Positions 1-10,194 are shown, counted from the first letter of the stretch. The stretch: DNA of 62,245 nt from an uncultured Gammaproteobacteria bacterium (GCA_964430685.1 CAYSGV010000001.1:1-62245), one strand, 5' to 3'. Numbers and translations: made by a program. The notes: generated by a model from the letters alone, not told the origin.

Positions 1-170
1 CCATTATTGGTGGCTTACTTCCCATCATGTTTTTTGGCGGAACAGGTTCAGAAGTCATGCGTCGTATTGCCGCACCAATGGTCGGTGGCATGATCAGCGC
101 AACGGTATTAACGCTCGTTGTGATTCCTGCGGTCTATTTTTTATGGAAACGCTTTTTATTTACGAAATAA
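1..170 (+). CDS. cusA: C-terminal end of a CusA/CzcA-family RND heavy-metal efflux pump (5' part outside window)
   Basis: Frame 3 is open from the window edge to TAA 168-170. It reads [55 protein letters not shown], matching the conserved last TM segment of CusA-type pumps (GSEVM.RIAAPM.GGM). Absent from the supplied ORF track. Confidence 0.7.
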   Translation, partial: IIGGLLPIMFFGGTGSEVMRRIAAPMVGGMISATVLTLVVIPAVYFLWKRFLFTK

Positions 171-349
171 TAATAATGGCACCTTATGTTAATCTATATT
201 ATTAACTCTGCAAAAAGTACAAAAAAGCACTAGGATATATTATGATGTCTCGAGAAGAACAATACCACTAAATAAATGTTCCATCTTGGCAAATGATTTT
301 ATGGGTAAACGTGGTTCAAGATTCCGTTTAATACAAGAGGAAATCAAAT

Positions 350-757
350 ATGACCAATGACCAAAACGTACGATTTACCTGGAGAGATAATTGGCTTGTA
401 AAGAACATTCTAGCAGAAGTACCCATTATTGGTGGCTTTTTTAAAACTAATAGCCTTGCTCATGCGCTTCATCATGCCGGTATGTCAACATCAATGATTC
501 TTGGCGCTTCTACCACTATGATGTTTATGAGTCTTACTAATATGCAGGAATCCGATAGCACAAGCACAAAATTTACCAAAATGGCTATAGACATGTCTAC
601 GGGTATGATGGCCGGAGCTGTAGTTTATAACGTATTATTCGCTGCGGGAAAAAAAATATATTCTTCATGGGAAGAAATGGAACAAGCTAATAAATCTAGT
701 AAATTATTAGAAACCACCGAGCTAAGGGAAGAGGGTATGACTAGTAAATTAAGATAG
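350..757 (+). CDS. hypothetical small protein, Met/Ser/Thr-rich with hydrophobic segments
   Basis: 135-aa ORF. AGAGGA lies 7 nt upstream of the ATG. No recognisable motif. Confidence 0.45.
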   Translation: MTNDQNVRFTWRDNWLVKNILAEVPIIGGFFKTNSLAHALHHAGMSTSMILGASTTMMFMSLTNMQESDSTSTKFTKMAIDMSTGMMAGAVVYNVLFAAGKKIYSSWEEMEQANKSSKLLETTELREEGMTSKLR

Positions 758-1118
758 TTTTCTATGCTTCTACCAATATCTTGGCTGAATAATAATAATA
801 AGTGATTAATTTAAGGTCCCGTCAGCTGCACCCGATACCGAATGCAGCTTACCAGATACATATTGAAAGAAATTATAGATCGCATGATACAGACCATAAT
901 GTACTGCGATATCTAACGCCACCAATAGAAAAATGGCTAATAACAATTTTCTTAATAAATAGTTAGTGCATCACGATTCACATTCATATAGCCTTGTATA
1001 CACGGTTAATTCCGATAAATTTGACCATCGGTATTAGAAAAAGCTATTATTTTATCAGCTTCTTTCTAACATTACTATGCAGTTAATCTGTAGGATTCTT
1101 TTCATCAAATGGCGAGGC

Positions 1119-2450
1119 TTATACTTTAAATTTTGGCACCTTCTTTTGTGCACTACGAGCCCGTGCCCGTAATTCTACATCGATATACCGATCGGTAATT
1201 GCACTAGAGCTATGTCCAGCATCGTCTCGTACGTGTTCACGAGGTCGATGCTTAACGTCATCAGAAATACCCGTATGCCGAAGCCAATGCACCGTGGCAG
1301 AGCGTAGCATCTCAGCCTCTTCAATTTGTCCATCTGTGCGTAACCGTTCAACAGAAACCATAAAACAGTTTTGCACAATATGGCGAATGATGCGCGTGCT
1401 TTCTACTGGGCCAGTACCTTTATTTTTGGGGATTAAAGGCCGCTGATCATCTGGGGCGGGTAGAGGAGTATAACCTAAGTAAGTACGATAACGTTTGAGT
1501 GCATCCAATACAGGCTGGCTGACCGCGATCTGTCGCAATTTATTGCCTTTACCTACGGTTTTAAACCACCAATCTCCATTTGAATCTCGAAAAAAATCCG
1601 ACATTTTAGGTTGCCAGCGCGGCGTGGAAGCTAATTCTGATATACGCAAATACATGCCGTAAAGTAATTGCATGATAAATAAGGTTCGCTCAAAGTTAAC
1701 ATGATCTTTATCTGCCAACTCATGTGCAGTTTGAAGCACCGTACTCCATTGAAGATCAGATAAGCGGCGAATAGTAGGGGTCTGAGATTGTTTACGAATA
1801 AACTTGCTTTTCTGTCGGATTTGCAGCACTGGGTTAACTTCAGTCGCCTCTTCTTGTATGAGACTATTGTAAAAAGTCCCCAAAATAGCAAACAGCTGTT
1901 TAATACCTTGCTGAGATAATTCAAAATTTGATTTTTCTGGTTTTCCGCCATCTTCAAATGCTTTTTTAGATATCTTAGCGATAAAGGGGCACCATTGTGG
2001 ATTGGGAATTCGTTGGCCTGACTTTTCATGAAACCGACTAACTGTTTTTACACCAATCCAACGCTTGGGTGGTTTTTGGCAAAATTCAATGAATGCTTCA
2101 ATATCCAGCCGTTTGAGTTGTAACACTGGTTTTTTGTGAATAAACCAGCTCCATTGTATAAAACGTTCAATCTCGCGCCGATAAGAATTAAATGTGTCAA
2201 GACTGCCACGGTAACTATAAAGAAACATGAGCGCGTAATAATACTCCTTAGCAGCATAATCGGGTAAATGAATATCACTCTCGAATAAACATTGTCTTAG
2301 CCATGGTAGGATTACATTACTGTGGTTTTCGTTTTGACAATTTTTATATAACTCGCATACATGTTCTAAGGTATCAAAAAAGGGGTACGGACGAAGATTA
2401 TTTGTCACAGTCTTCTTCCATAATTGCGCCAATTTCTTTTGCAAATTCAC
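1119..2450 (-). CDS. tyrosine site-specific recombinase / integrase
   Basis: C-terminal catalytic signature ATVHWLRHTGISDD...HVRDDAGHSSSAITDRYI (R..H-x-x-R..H..Y pattern of phage-integrase family). The start is uncertain: ATG 2450 overlaps the upstream gene by 53 nt, and an in-frame GTG at 2408 is an alternative. Confidence 0.85.
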   Translation of the reverse strand: MNLQKKLAQLWKKTVTNNLRPYPFFDTLEHVCELYKNCQNENHSNVILPWLRQCLFESDIHLPDYAAKEYYYALMFLYSYRGSLDTFNSYRREIERFIQWSWFIHKKPVLQLKRLDIEAFIEFCQKPPKRWIGVKTVSRFHEKSGQRIPNPQWCPFIAKISKKAFEDGGKPEKSNFELSQQGIKQLFAILGTFYNSLIQEEATEVNPVLQIRQKSKFIRKQSQTPTIRRLSDLQWSTVLQTAHELADKDHVNFERTLFIMQLLYGMYLRISELASTPRWQPKMSDFFRDSNGDWWFKTVGKGNKLRQIAVSQPVLDALKRYRTYLGYTPLPAPDDQRPLIPKNKGTGPVESTRIIRHIVQNCFMVSVERLRTDGQIEEAEMLRSATVHWLRHTGISDDVKHRPREHVRDDAGHSSSAITDRYIDVELRARARSAQKKVPKFKV

Positions 2451-3513
2451 TCAATTCCGTTTCGATTTCATCCGTTGTAGGCAGAATAGATTCAAATCGT
2501 TCAGGTAATGATTTTGACAACTCATATTCAGAAATTCCCATCGGGCTATCAACTCGCCTTAACGCATATTCTGCTATAACACGGTCTTTCTTTTCACACA
2601 ATAATAACCCAATGGTCTGGCTATCCTCTGGCATTCTTAATTGGTCATCTACAGCAGACAAATAAAAATTTAATTGGCCAGTATCTCTCGGATGAAAATC
2701 ACCCCGTTTTAACTCAATGACCACATACGCATGAAGTTTCGTGTTATACATAAGCAAGTCGATTTCAAATCGCTTGCCTGAGACTTGAATTGGATATTTT
2801 GTTCCAAACAATGCAAATCCTTGCCCTAGTTCCATTAGAAATTGCCTTACATGCCTGACTAGGCCGTTATGCACATCCTTTTCATGGGCATCTTCACCTA
2901 TAGTAAGGAAGTGAAATTTATAGGGATCTTTAATCATTTCCTGGGCTAATTGAGAAGTAGGTAATGGAAGTCTATCATTAAAAGTAGTGGTCTTTAGGTT
3001 TACGTTAGATTGTCGGTTATAAAGATCGGCCTTTATTTGAGCCTGAAGGTCACGGTATGGCCATCCATGCTCAATGGTTTTTTCAGCATACCATTTTTTC
3101 ATATGGATTTTTTCAGATCCAAGCATTTGTGCTAAAACAATATGATGCGTCCAGGTCAATTGGTCAGGCAGTGCCTGACTAAATTCACCGTTCGGATAAT
3201 GCCTGGCAAAAAGGCGCATATTTTTAAGGTTGGTTATTGAAAATCCTTCCGTGTTAGGAAAGCTACGGCGCAAGTCATTAGCAAGTACATCAAATAGCTT
3301 ATCTCCCCAATGAGCCTTATCCTGGCGTTCTACAATGAGTTTCCCGACCTCCCAATAGAATTGAATCAATTCGTGGTTGACGGCAATGGCCGCACGTAAT
3401 TGGGCCTTTCTTAAGCGTGTTTTAATTTCATTAAGTAAGTTTTGATATTGGGTATCCGACTGCAATTGCCGTACGGCGTTACCTTTAACAATAGAATTTC
3501 CTTCTTTTGCCAT
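2398..3513 (-). CDS. DUF1016 / YhcG-family PD-(D/E)xK nuclease
   Basis: N-terminal LRAAIAVNHELIQFYWEVGKLI and C-terminal core EIDLLMYNTKLHAYVVIELKRGDFHPRDTGQLNFYLSAVDD match the YhcG/DUF1016 pattern (D...ELK nuclease core). AAGGA SD upstream of the ATG. Confidence 0.85.
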   Translation of the reverse strand: MAKEGNSIVKGNAVRQLQSDTQYQNLLNEIKTRLRKAQLRAAIAVNHELIQFYWEVGKLIVERQDKAHWGDKLFDVLANDLRRSFPNTEGFSITNLKNMRLFARHYPNGEFSQALPDQLTWTHHIVLAQMLGSEKIHMKKWYAEKTIEHGWPYRDLQAQIKADLYNRQSNVNLKTTTFNDRLPLPTSQLAQEMIKDPYKFHFLTIGEDAHEKDVHNGLVRHVRQFLMELGQGFALFGTKYPIQVSGKRFEIDLLMYNTKLHAYVVIELKRGDFHPRDTGQLNFYLSAVDDQLRMPEDSQTIGLLLCEKKDRVIAEYALRRVDSPMGISEYELSKSLPERFESILPTTDEIETELSEFAKEIGAIMEEDCDK

Positions 3514-3541
3514 TTTTAATCCTTATCTAACACCCCACCCC

Positions 3542-3575
3542 CATATTTCCTGTAATCACATTTACAGGAAATATG
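3542..3575. promoter_or_regulatory. perfect 14-bp inverted repeat (CATATTTCCTGTAA / TTACAGGAAATATG, 6-nt loop) between the SIR2-like and DUF1016 genes
   Basis: Read directly. Arms are 3542-3555 and 3562-3575. No T/U run follows on either strand, so it looks more like an operator than an intrinsic terminator. The 9-mer ATTTCCTGT recurs at 4747-4755, over the SIR2-like gene SD region. Confidence 0.5.
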
Positions 3576-3728
3576 AGGAGTATATTCTCATAAGAGGATA
3601 TTTATGGCAACGCTTTCTTGCGCCAGTCTGGTTTTCCTTTGGAACAGACGGCTACTGACGATGATGCTATATTGCTGAATAGGGGTGTATTTCGATGATG
3701 GCAATAGGTATCATTCAATATATTAGAT

Positions 3729-4742
3729 TTAGAGAACGAGCCTATGTGCATTATAAAAACTGATAAATCGAATTACCCATGGTTGTATATTTGTACTATT
3801 ATTTGCCATATAAAATGCATGTGTGAACTTATCCCAATATACCGGGAAAGACAGAATTCGGTTTATGTGTATTCTGCTAGCAAGAATATCCTCAATAAAG
3901 TTCGGATTAGGGTCTATGATTATCACATGAGCCTGTTTTCTATTTAAGAATTCTCGAGTAATTTCGAAAGTAAATTCATCATACACACTATAATCGTTTT
4001 TCCTGAAAAATGAGTACCCAACAAAAACTATATAAAAATAATCGTTTTCTTTGAGTAAGCTAATAAACTTTATATATGATTCATTTTTTGCCAAAATATG
4101 CTCGTTTTCAGCAGTAGCTATACAAAGCTCTCGATGAAAATCGAGTTTAGTATTATGGAATAACATATTTGATAAATATTTATTCAGTACATTTTTTAAT
4201 ACTTTTTTTATTGGAGGGTCAATAATGCCATGTAAAGAAATAACATCTATTTTTTTAATAAAATGGTTCGCCAAACCATCATGGTTCATATTGGCAATTA
4301 GTGAACTCGGATTAGCATAATTAAAAATCTGATACTCCGGACAATTATTTGGATATTGATCTAATGAGTACTCTAACGCACAAACTGCCTCTACAATCCA
4401 AGGGTTAGCATGGATAATTTCGTCCCGGACATCAATATTAGTGTCGTTAATTAAAAATTTACCGCCAAATGTTTCATGAATAATTATATCGCTAATCCCA
4501 GTTATTTTAAATCTGGCTTTCTCTTCATTTGTAAGCGTGGTATTTTTTGATTGATCAATTGTGTAGATCCCACTTGCGGAAATAGTTGTGCTTATAAGTT
4601 GTTTGGCTTTATCTACTAAATTGTAATTTGGCAATATGTACCCTGCTGACGCCCCTGCTCCTAAAAAATATAATGATTTTTGTCGAAAACAATCACGTAA
4701 GTTTTCCAGCAAACTCAATTCAGGAACATTTGGATTACACAC
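3729..4742 (-). CDS. short stand-alone SIR2-like (SIR2_2-type) protein
   Basis: Ordered motifs YFLGAGAS (GAGxS), NMNHD (TTNYD-like), ISLHG (catalytic His context) and IVFVGYSF (GYS), as in SIR2_2-family proteins. GTG start preceded by CAGGAAA. Motif-level call only. Confidence 0.55.
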   Translation of the reverse strand: MCNPNVPELSLLENLRDCFRQKSLYFLGAGASAGYILPNYNLVDKAKQLISTTISASGIYTIDQSKNTTLTNEEKARFKITGISDIIIHETFGGKFLINDTNIDVRDEIIHANPWIVEAVCALEYSLDQYPNNCPEYQIFNYANPSSLIANMNHDGLANHFIKKIDVISLHGIIDPPIKKVLKNVLNKYLSNMLFHNTKLDFHRELCIATAENEHILAKNESYIKFISLLKENDYFYIVFVGYSFFRKNDYSVYDEFTFEITREFLNRKQAHVIIIDPNPNFIEDILASRIHINRILSFPVYWDKFTHAFYMANNSTNIQPWVIRFISFYNAHRLVL

Positions 4743-5001
4743 TGTAATTTCCTGTTGATGTATATTTACATCGTAATTTGTAAATAATGCTCACTATAAC
4801 TATAGCAAACCTTAATAAATTCTTCCTTAGACAATTTCAAGACTATCGCGGCAATATTTGGTTTTACAGTTAGAAAATGTATTGAACTTTTTCTTTTTCT
4901 TAGCATCTAAATACATAAAGGGAAGTTTCCAGCTATCAATGGAATACATGAATTTTTTGCATGATTTTATGGAGAATGAATAGAAAAATTACGAGGGTTT
5001 T

Positions 5002-5742
5002 GTGGGAATAATTTTTATAGTTTTATTATTCTTTTTTTTCAAAGAAAGAACCATTAAAAATTTTATTTTGGTAGGTATAATATTTGGAATATCGTCATTA
5101 ATTTCAAATATTATACCTATGGGGCTAAATACCTTGGAAGACATGGGAATAATTGGCTTAGTGGGCTGCATTTATGGTTGGCTTATATACTTTCTTACAA
5201 CTGGGTATCATCAAGCAGTAAAACTAAATGCAAGGCCTATTATTAAGTATGCATATGTCTTAGCGATTCTCCCTACCTATCTAGTTGTGATGTATGGTTC
5301 AATAAATATTATCATCCCTTCACTCGTCGCGATACTTACAGGCTATATCCTATATAAATATACTAATGGTATAATTCAATGGTATATTCCTGCTATAGCT
5401 GTTCAAGTTGGGCAAGCTGCATGGTTTGGCATTGCATTACTGCTCCTTGCGCCAAATCAAGCTTTGTTATTTGAGTTTATTATTTTTAGCATTGGCATTT
5501 TCTTTTTATCATGGAAACCAGGCCTACCCATAGTAGCGATGTTATGCACTTATCAAGCTTTAGCATTTATTGTAAATTTCATAAATTTTATTTCGCAGCC
5601 CATTTTTACTGAGGAAAGTAGCGCTTTTTCAGTGCATTTATGTCTACGGATATTGGCTATAGTATTTATGCTTATTGGATTTAAACAAGCATCCATAGTT
5701 AAGAATTCAAAATATCTGCAAGTATCAAGTAATAAAAAATGA
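5002..5742 (+). CDS. hypothetical polytopic membrane protein
   Basis: 246-aa ORF (GTG start) with about 7 hydrophobic segments. No recognisable family motif. Confidence 0.45.
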   Translation: MGIIFIVLLFFFFKERTIKNFILVGIIFGISSLISNIIPMGLNTLEDMGIIGLVGCIYGWLIYFLTTGYHQAVKLNARPIIKYAYVLAILPTYLVVMYGSINIIIPSLVAILTGYILYKYTNGIIQWYIPAIAVQVGQAAWFGIALLLLAPNQALLFEFIIFSIGIFFLSWKPGLPIVAMLCTYQALAFIVNFINFISQPIFTEESSAFSVHLCLRILAIVFMLIGFKQASIVKNSKYLQVSSNKK

Positions 5743-5909
5743 CAACAACTCACCTTTAATATAAATTTGCCCCACTCTGCTAACACTGGTAAATTCTATT
5801 ACCGGAATTAAAAATTTGGCTGTGATTTCAATATATTTTTACATATTTAAGTATTAAGAGACTTGTAATAATTAGATCTTTTTTAGCCGATATTGGAAAG
5901 ATATTTTAA

Positions 5910-7700
5910 TTAACTACTGCCCTTCGGAGCAGACGGTTTTGGTATAGATGTTTGGGCTGCAGCTTCTGCTTCAGTGCTCGCAGGTTTCAAAGCAGTTGCT
6001 GTTAAGGTTGCTGCTTGCTTTGTAACTCCTGCAGAGAAAGCTGCCTTGTTTGAATGGCGTGCTGTTTGAGGCGGCGAAACAGACCTAAGTGATGGTGCTG
6101 TTGGTTTTGCTGACGTTGGTGGTTGTTGTTGCGTAGTCGGTACTTGGGGTGCTAACAATGCGGAAGATGCTCTTTCAGTGGGTACCGGCGCAGATAAACG
6201 TGTGGTCATAGGTGATTCATGGTGCTCAGTATCTAACTTAGCAGCCGATTTGCTCGCTGGAGCAATAGGTGAGATAAGTGAAATTGATGGCATTTGTACC
6301 TGCTCACTAGGTTTAGGAGCTTGTGATACTAATTGCGGTGGTTTAAATTGCGAAAGTTTTTTGAAAACGGTATCTGAGTCTTTACTTTCGCCTGTTATAG
6401 GAGAGGTTGAACTTGGTGATACTAATTGAGCTTCTTTTCGTTCTTTCTTTTCTTTCTTTTTATGTTTCTTTTTCTCTTTTTTCTTTTCTTCAGGACTTAT
6501 TGGCTTAAGTTCTTCTGGCCTCTTTTGTTCTGGCAGAGTAGATATTGCTATTTCAGGTGGCGTTGACGTTTTAGCAATAGTTTCTTTATGTTTGGATACA
6601 GCAATTTGTTTAGGTGTTTCGTGTACTTTATTTTCAATAGTCTCTTTAGCTCCAGCATGTTTCAAGGCATTGTATACTTGCCAACGACCAAGTTTAGCCG
6701 CCAGATGCAAAGGGGTATCGCCATAAATTCGATCAGGCATATTAAGAATAGCTTGTCGATCATTTACATTTGGATAATTTCGCTCCAATTGTTCCAGCAT
6801 GTCGTATATCAGATATTCTTGATCGCTATCTTTTAACTGATGGAATGGATTTTGGCCTTTAGGATCAGCTGTAATAGGATGTGGTAACCGATAATAAGAT
6901 GCAAATGGATCCCAACCAGGAATATGTGATGAATGAGGTACGTAATGCGCTTCACGCCATGATGCTTGACTACGATAACCAATACTGATGTAAGGTGATC
7001 CTTGAATCGAATCGTTCCTACTAAGGTGAAAACGTCCATCAAACGCTGGCAGTTCGGCCGGCTGAATCCCTTCAGTCCTTAATCTATTCTGGATCATTAG
7101 CAAAGCTATTCGCATTTGCAAAACCCGTTGATTTCTTTGTGTAGCATCCTGCCAATTTGTTCGGTCACAATACACGGTAATTTTCTTTCGACGTTGTTCT
7201 CGTTGGATAATCTCTGCTTCTTGGCGATATTCTGCTTCTTTTTCTTCCAATTTCTTCCGTTCGGCTTCTTGGTGGGGCGTGAGTAGTTTTGATGGTTCAG
7301 ATGGCAATAGCCTTGTTTCTGCTAATCGCTTTGCCTCTTTCTCCCCTGCTTCTGTGTCCTTTCTTTCTAAAAGCCCCATATTTAATACCTTGACTAAGCC
7401 AATACCTTCTCTGGCACAAACGTCAACCACAATTGCCCAGGCTCTTTCTAAATTACCGTGATTGGCATCATCTAAAATATTAATATGGAATTTAAATGGA
7501 TATGTCTCATCTGTTTCTTCTGATGCTGCACCATCAAATGCACAAATTATAAACGGTGGTTTAATACGAAATTCTGCTGTATGACCATGTATTTTGTGCT
7601 GAGGCGTACCTTTGGTTTCAGGGCTTAAATTACCATCGCATTGTGCTCTGAAATAAATTGCACTGAATTCTTTGGGTTTTTCTGCCTTTTGCTCAGCCAT
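5910..7700 (-). CDS. effector-like protein with an ankyrin repeat, a Lys/Glu-rich tract and a Pro/Ser/Thr/Ala-rich C-terminus
   Basis: ANK signature GDTPLHLAAKLGRWQVYNALKHAGA. I prefer ATG 7700 (MAEQKAEK) to the track start at 7868, because 7868 would overlap the well-supported divergent gene starting at 7842. Confidence 0.65.
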   Translation of the reverse strand: MAEQKAEKPKEFSAIYFRAQCDGNLSPETKGTPQHKIHGHTAEFRIKPPFIICAFDGAASEETDETYPFKFHINILDDANHGNLERAWAIVVDVCAREGIGLVKVLNMGLLERKDTEAGEKEAKRLAETRLLPSEPSKLLTPHQEAERKKLEEKEAEYRQEAEIIQREQRRKKITVYCDRTNWQDATQRNQRVLQMRIALLMIQNRLRTEGIQPAELPAFDGRFHLSRNDSIQGSPYISIGYRSQASWREAHYVPHSSHIPGWDPFASYYRLPHPITADPKGQNPFHQLKDSDQEYLIYDMLEQLERNYPNVNDRQAILNMPDRIYGDTPLHLAAKLGRWQVYNALKHAGAKETIENKVHETPKQIAVSKHKETIAKTSTPPEIAISTLPEQKRPEELKPISPEEKKKEKKKHKKKEKKERKEAQLVSPSSTSPITGESKDSDTVFKKLSQFKPPQLVSQAPKPSEQVQMPSISLISPIAPASKSAAKLDTEHHESPMTTRLSAPVPTERASSALLAPQVPTTQQQPPTSAKPTAPSLRSVSPPQTARHSNKAAFSAGVTKQAATLTATALKPASTEAEAAAQTSIPKPSAPKGSS

Positions 7701-7841
7701 GAATGATTTCTCTTTAAATATGTTAACTATATCAACATTATAGTTGGTTTTGCTGTGCTTTTTCTCAAAATCCATGTAAAATTGGAATACAGCAACCTCA
7801 GCTTTGGTTATAATTACATTAAATGAATGAGGAGATGAGCT

Positions 7842-8843
7842 ATGCCATCCTATCAACAGATTAAACATGCTTTACGCCACCCCAAAGAATTCAGGCAACT
7901 GTTTCTAGATATCGATAGTTTTCGTTCAGCAATGGAATATACCGATTTAAGGGTTAAATTATTTAGGCATTTAGCTAGCCATCCCAAAAGCATACATAAA
8001 TTAGTTAATAACTATTTTGATTTCAAAAAATTAATCCAAATGGATAGGGATTATCTTCAAACACCAGAATGTAACAACGTTACAGCACAGGGATTGCTTT
8101 TTCAAATGCTAGCTAAAGATAGTGAGCTATTAAACAAAGTAGTCAAAGACCATACAAGCTTGGGCTCTATTGCTTATCTTATTAAATCTGCGCCGATTTC
8201 CGAAGAAAAAAAAGTGGAACTGCAAGTTCAAGTTGTTGAAACTTTAATGGCGATAGAAAATAAATTATTAGATATATATCATCCTAAAATTGGTGAAAAA
8301 ACAAGAGATTGTTACAGTAATTTAATTAGTCATGATTGCCATGAATGGCCACCAGCATTTATCACTCATTTATCTAAAATGGAAGTAGAACAACTTTTTC
8401 CAATCATTTTTGAAGAATTTAAAGCGAATAATTTCAGTAATTACGATAATTTTATTGGTACATTGGAAGATATGCGCATACGCTGGAAAACCTTTGATAA
8501 GGCCACTTACGAATTCTGTGTAAATCAGGTAATGGCTATTTTGAATTTACCAACAATGACAACTCCGCTTTATCGATGTTACTTAGTCGGTATTTTAGAA
8601 GATTGTGAGAAAAGCCGTCCTAAAGGGATGGACTCTTTGCTTCCCGCTGAATTACAGCACAAAATAAAAACAGATCCAGGTTTTGAACTTTATCGTAATA
8701 CTGACGCCTCTCTACTTACTACTTCACAACAAAAAAGCGGATTATTAAAATCTGTAGCTTCTCCCGAATCCAGCAGTGCCTCTATTTGTCGCGAACCCTC
8801 ACCAAAACCAACAGGGTTACCGGTTACTGTTAAATCCAATTAA
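7842..8843 (+). CDS. hypothetical protein (effector-like ORFan)
   Basis: 333-aa ORF with a strong SD (GAGGAG) 7 nt upstream of the ATG. No recognisable motif. Confidence 0.55.
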   Translation: MPSYQQIKHALRHPKEFRQLFLDIDSFRSAMEYTDLRVKLFRHLASHPKSIHKLVNNYFDFKKLIQMDRDYLQTPECNNVTAQGLLFQMLAKDSELLNKVVKDHTSLGSIAYLIKSAPISEEKKVELQVQVVETLMAIENKLLDIYHPKIGEKTRDCYSNLISHDCHEWPPAFITHLSKMEVEQLFPIIFEEFKANNFSNYDNFIGTLEDMRIRWKTFDKATYEFCVNQVMAILNLPTMTTPLYRCYLVGILEDCEKSRPKGMDSLLPAELQHKIKTDPGFELYRNTDASLLTTSQQKSGLLKSVASPESSSASICREPSPKPTGLPVTVKSN

Positions 8844-9128
8844 TAAACCGCATCTATTATATTTATCGAGTAGTGTTAGTCATCAACACTTTCTCACTCT
8901 TCTGCATTAGAGTTTTTTCGAAGCAAAACTATCATCTTTTAAGACCAAATGTATTTTCTCTTGCTTATATTTGACTCTATTCTATTAAGCTAGTGCACTA
9001 GGTCCACTGAACAAACCACTATAAGTACTTCATTTTCAACAGTAATTATCAGAACACAATCTATACTTATATTGAGGATTTTGAACAAAACAATGCAAAC
9101 ATTAACAAAATATTAAGTGGATAACGAT

Positions 9129-9590
9129 ATGTATACCTATGAAAGCTTTGAAAATATAAATTTAGAGGTTGCCAATAGTGTTTTGGAAGAAAATAACAGC
9201 CAGTTACAAGAAGTATTTGAAAAAATTGCGTCTCAGGTCGAATTCGCATTAATAAAAGATGATCAAAATTTAAGGGATGATGTCATATCCAACATTCATA
9301 CATACCAAATAGGATGGGCTTTCCATATGGATAAAATTCAAAAACCTAATGAAAAAGTTGAAATTGACTCATATATAGTCGCTACTTGCATATGGGAAGT
9401 TTTGTTATGGAAACGACATGATTTAGAGGAGTTATACAGACTCACAACCCTACCCAGAAGTATGTTAGTGCCAGAATTTGTTTGGTCTAGATATTTATTA
9501 CTATCATTGGCTGATACCAAAGAATTGACAAAATATAAGCAACTGAGATGTAGCGAAGATAACCATATACCAAAAATGGGAGAAAAATAG
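9129..9590 (+). CDS. small protein, member 1 of a local three-member family (P..ML.P.F.W.RY motif)
   Basis: C-terminal LPRSMLVPEFVWSRYLLLSLADTKELTKY aligns with the ORFs at 11021 and 11446. ATG 9129 chosen by alignment of its leader with the 11021 leader; the track start at 9117 is a GTG. Confidence 0.6.
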   Translation: MYTYESFENINLEVANSVLEENNSQLQEVFEKIASQVEFALIKDDQNLRDDVISNIHTYQIGWAFHMDKIQKPNEKVEIDSYIVATCIWEVLLWKRHDLEELYRLTTLPRSMLVPEFVWSRYLLLSLADTKELTKYKQLRCSEDNHIPKMGEK

Positions 9591-9591
9591 C

Positions 9592-9990
9592 ATGAACACA
9601 TTACAAATAGCAGAAATGGCCTACACATTGAATCCATGCAAAAAAAACGAACGCAGGGTAATGCGGTTATTAAAAGGACCTTATCATGATGCATACAAGC
9701 TGGAAGCGTTATCTTATATGTTTTATTTCAATGTAACAAAAACAAACCGTGACCGATTAATACGACAAATCAAAAAAACATATGGGGTCGGCAGCGAACT
9801 TGCTAAAAACCTTGAAGTAGACATTCGAATGGATTATGAAAAATGTAAAACCTATCCAAGAAATGACTATTCGGGCATTGTTAATGATCCTAAATATCAA
9901 TCGCAAATCGAAAAAGCCCTGAGCGGTATGACCAATAACGAAGCGGAGACTCATAAACTAATCAGTTACGTTAAAACATCCTCGAAGTAA
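9592..9990 (+). CDS. hypothetical protein, translationally coupled to the preceding gene
   Basis: The ATG lies 1 nt after the upstream TAG stop. 132 aa, no recognisable motif. Confidence 0.5.
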   Translation: MNTLQIAEMAYTLNPCKKNERRVMRLLKGPYHDAYKLEALSYMFYFNVTKTNRDRLIRQIKKTYGVGSELAKNLEVDIRMDYEKCKTYPRNDYSGIVNDPKYQSQIEKALSGMTNNEAETHKLISYVKTSSK

Positions 9991-10194
9991 TTGTGAACAT
10001 AAAATTGCAATATTGGAGTAACTCCACAATTAATTAGCTTTTGTTTATAGAAAGATTATATCGACTATGGACTTTAGTGGATGAAGCCAAATATAGATAT
10101 CTAGGAGTTAATAAGTTTATGAACTTTTGGCACTAGCGCGAGCTGCAGCCAATAAAAATGTATTATATTAAAAGATAAGATGAGGTGAAATATC

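Noticed and set aside
758-1118. Expected a tRNA or att site beside the integrase
   Set aside because: No cloverleaf-compatible sequence was seen by eye. The only feature is a 7-bp hairpin (AGCTGCA/TGCAGCT, 824-849) without a T run. This cannot be excluded without tRNAscan.
1175-2278. Track ORFs 1175-1378, 1631-2029 and 2048-2278 (-) and 2303-2665 (+)
   Set aside because: They are nested in alternative frames of the integrase and DUF1016 genes, which have clear family signatures. Their low-complexity products have no motifs.
3604-3678. 24-codon hydrophobic ORF (MATLSCASLVFLWNRRLLTMMLYC) with AGAGGA 5 nt upstream, possibly a type I toxin-like peptide between the SIR2-like and nuclease genes
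   Set aside because: It is very short, has no visible antisense RNA or promoter signals, and could arise by chance. Kept only as a note.
6431-6490. Long polypyrimidine tract on the + strand (polypurine on the coding strand)
   Set aside because: It is explained by the Lys/Glu-rich segment (KKKEKKKHKKKEKKERKE) of the ankyrin protein. There is no evidence of an independent function.
7701-7868. N-terminal extension of the ankyrin gene to ATG 7868
   Set aside because: It would overlap the divergent gene at 7842, which has a strong GAGGAG SD. The extension residues look non-protein-like. ATG 7700 is preferred, though not proven.
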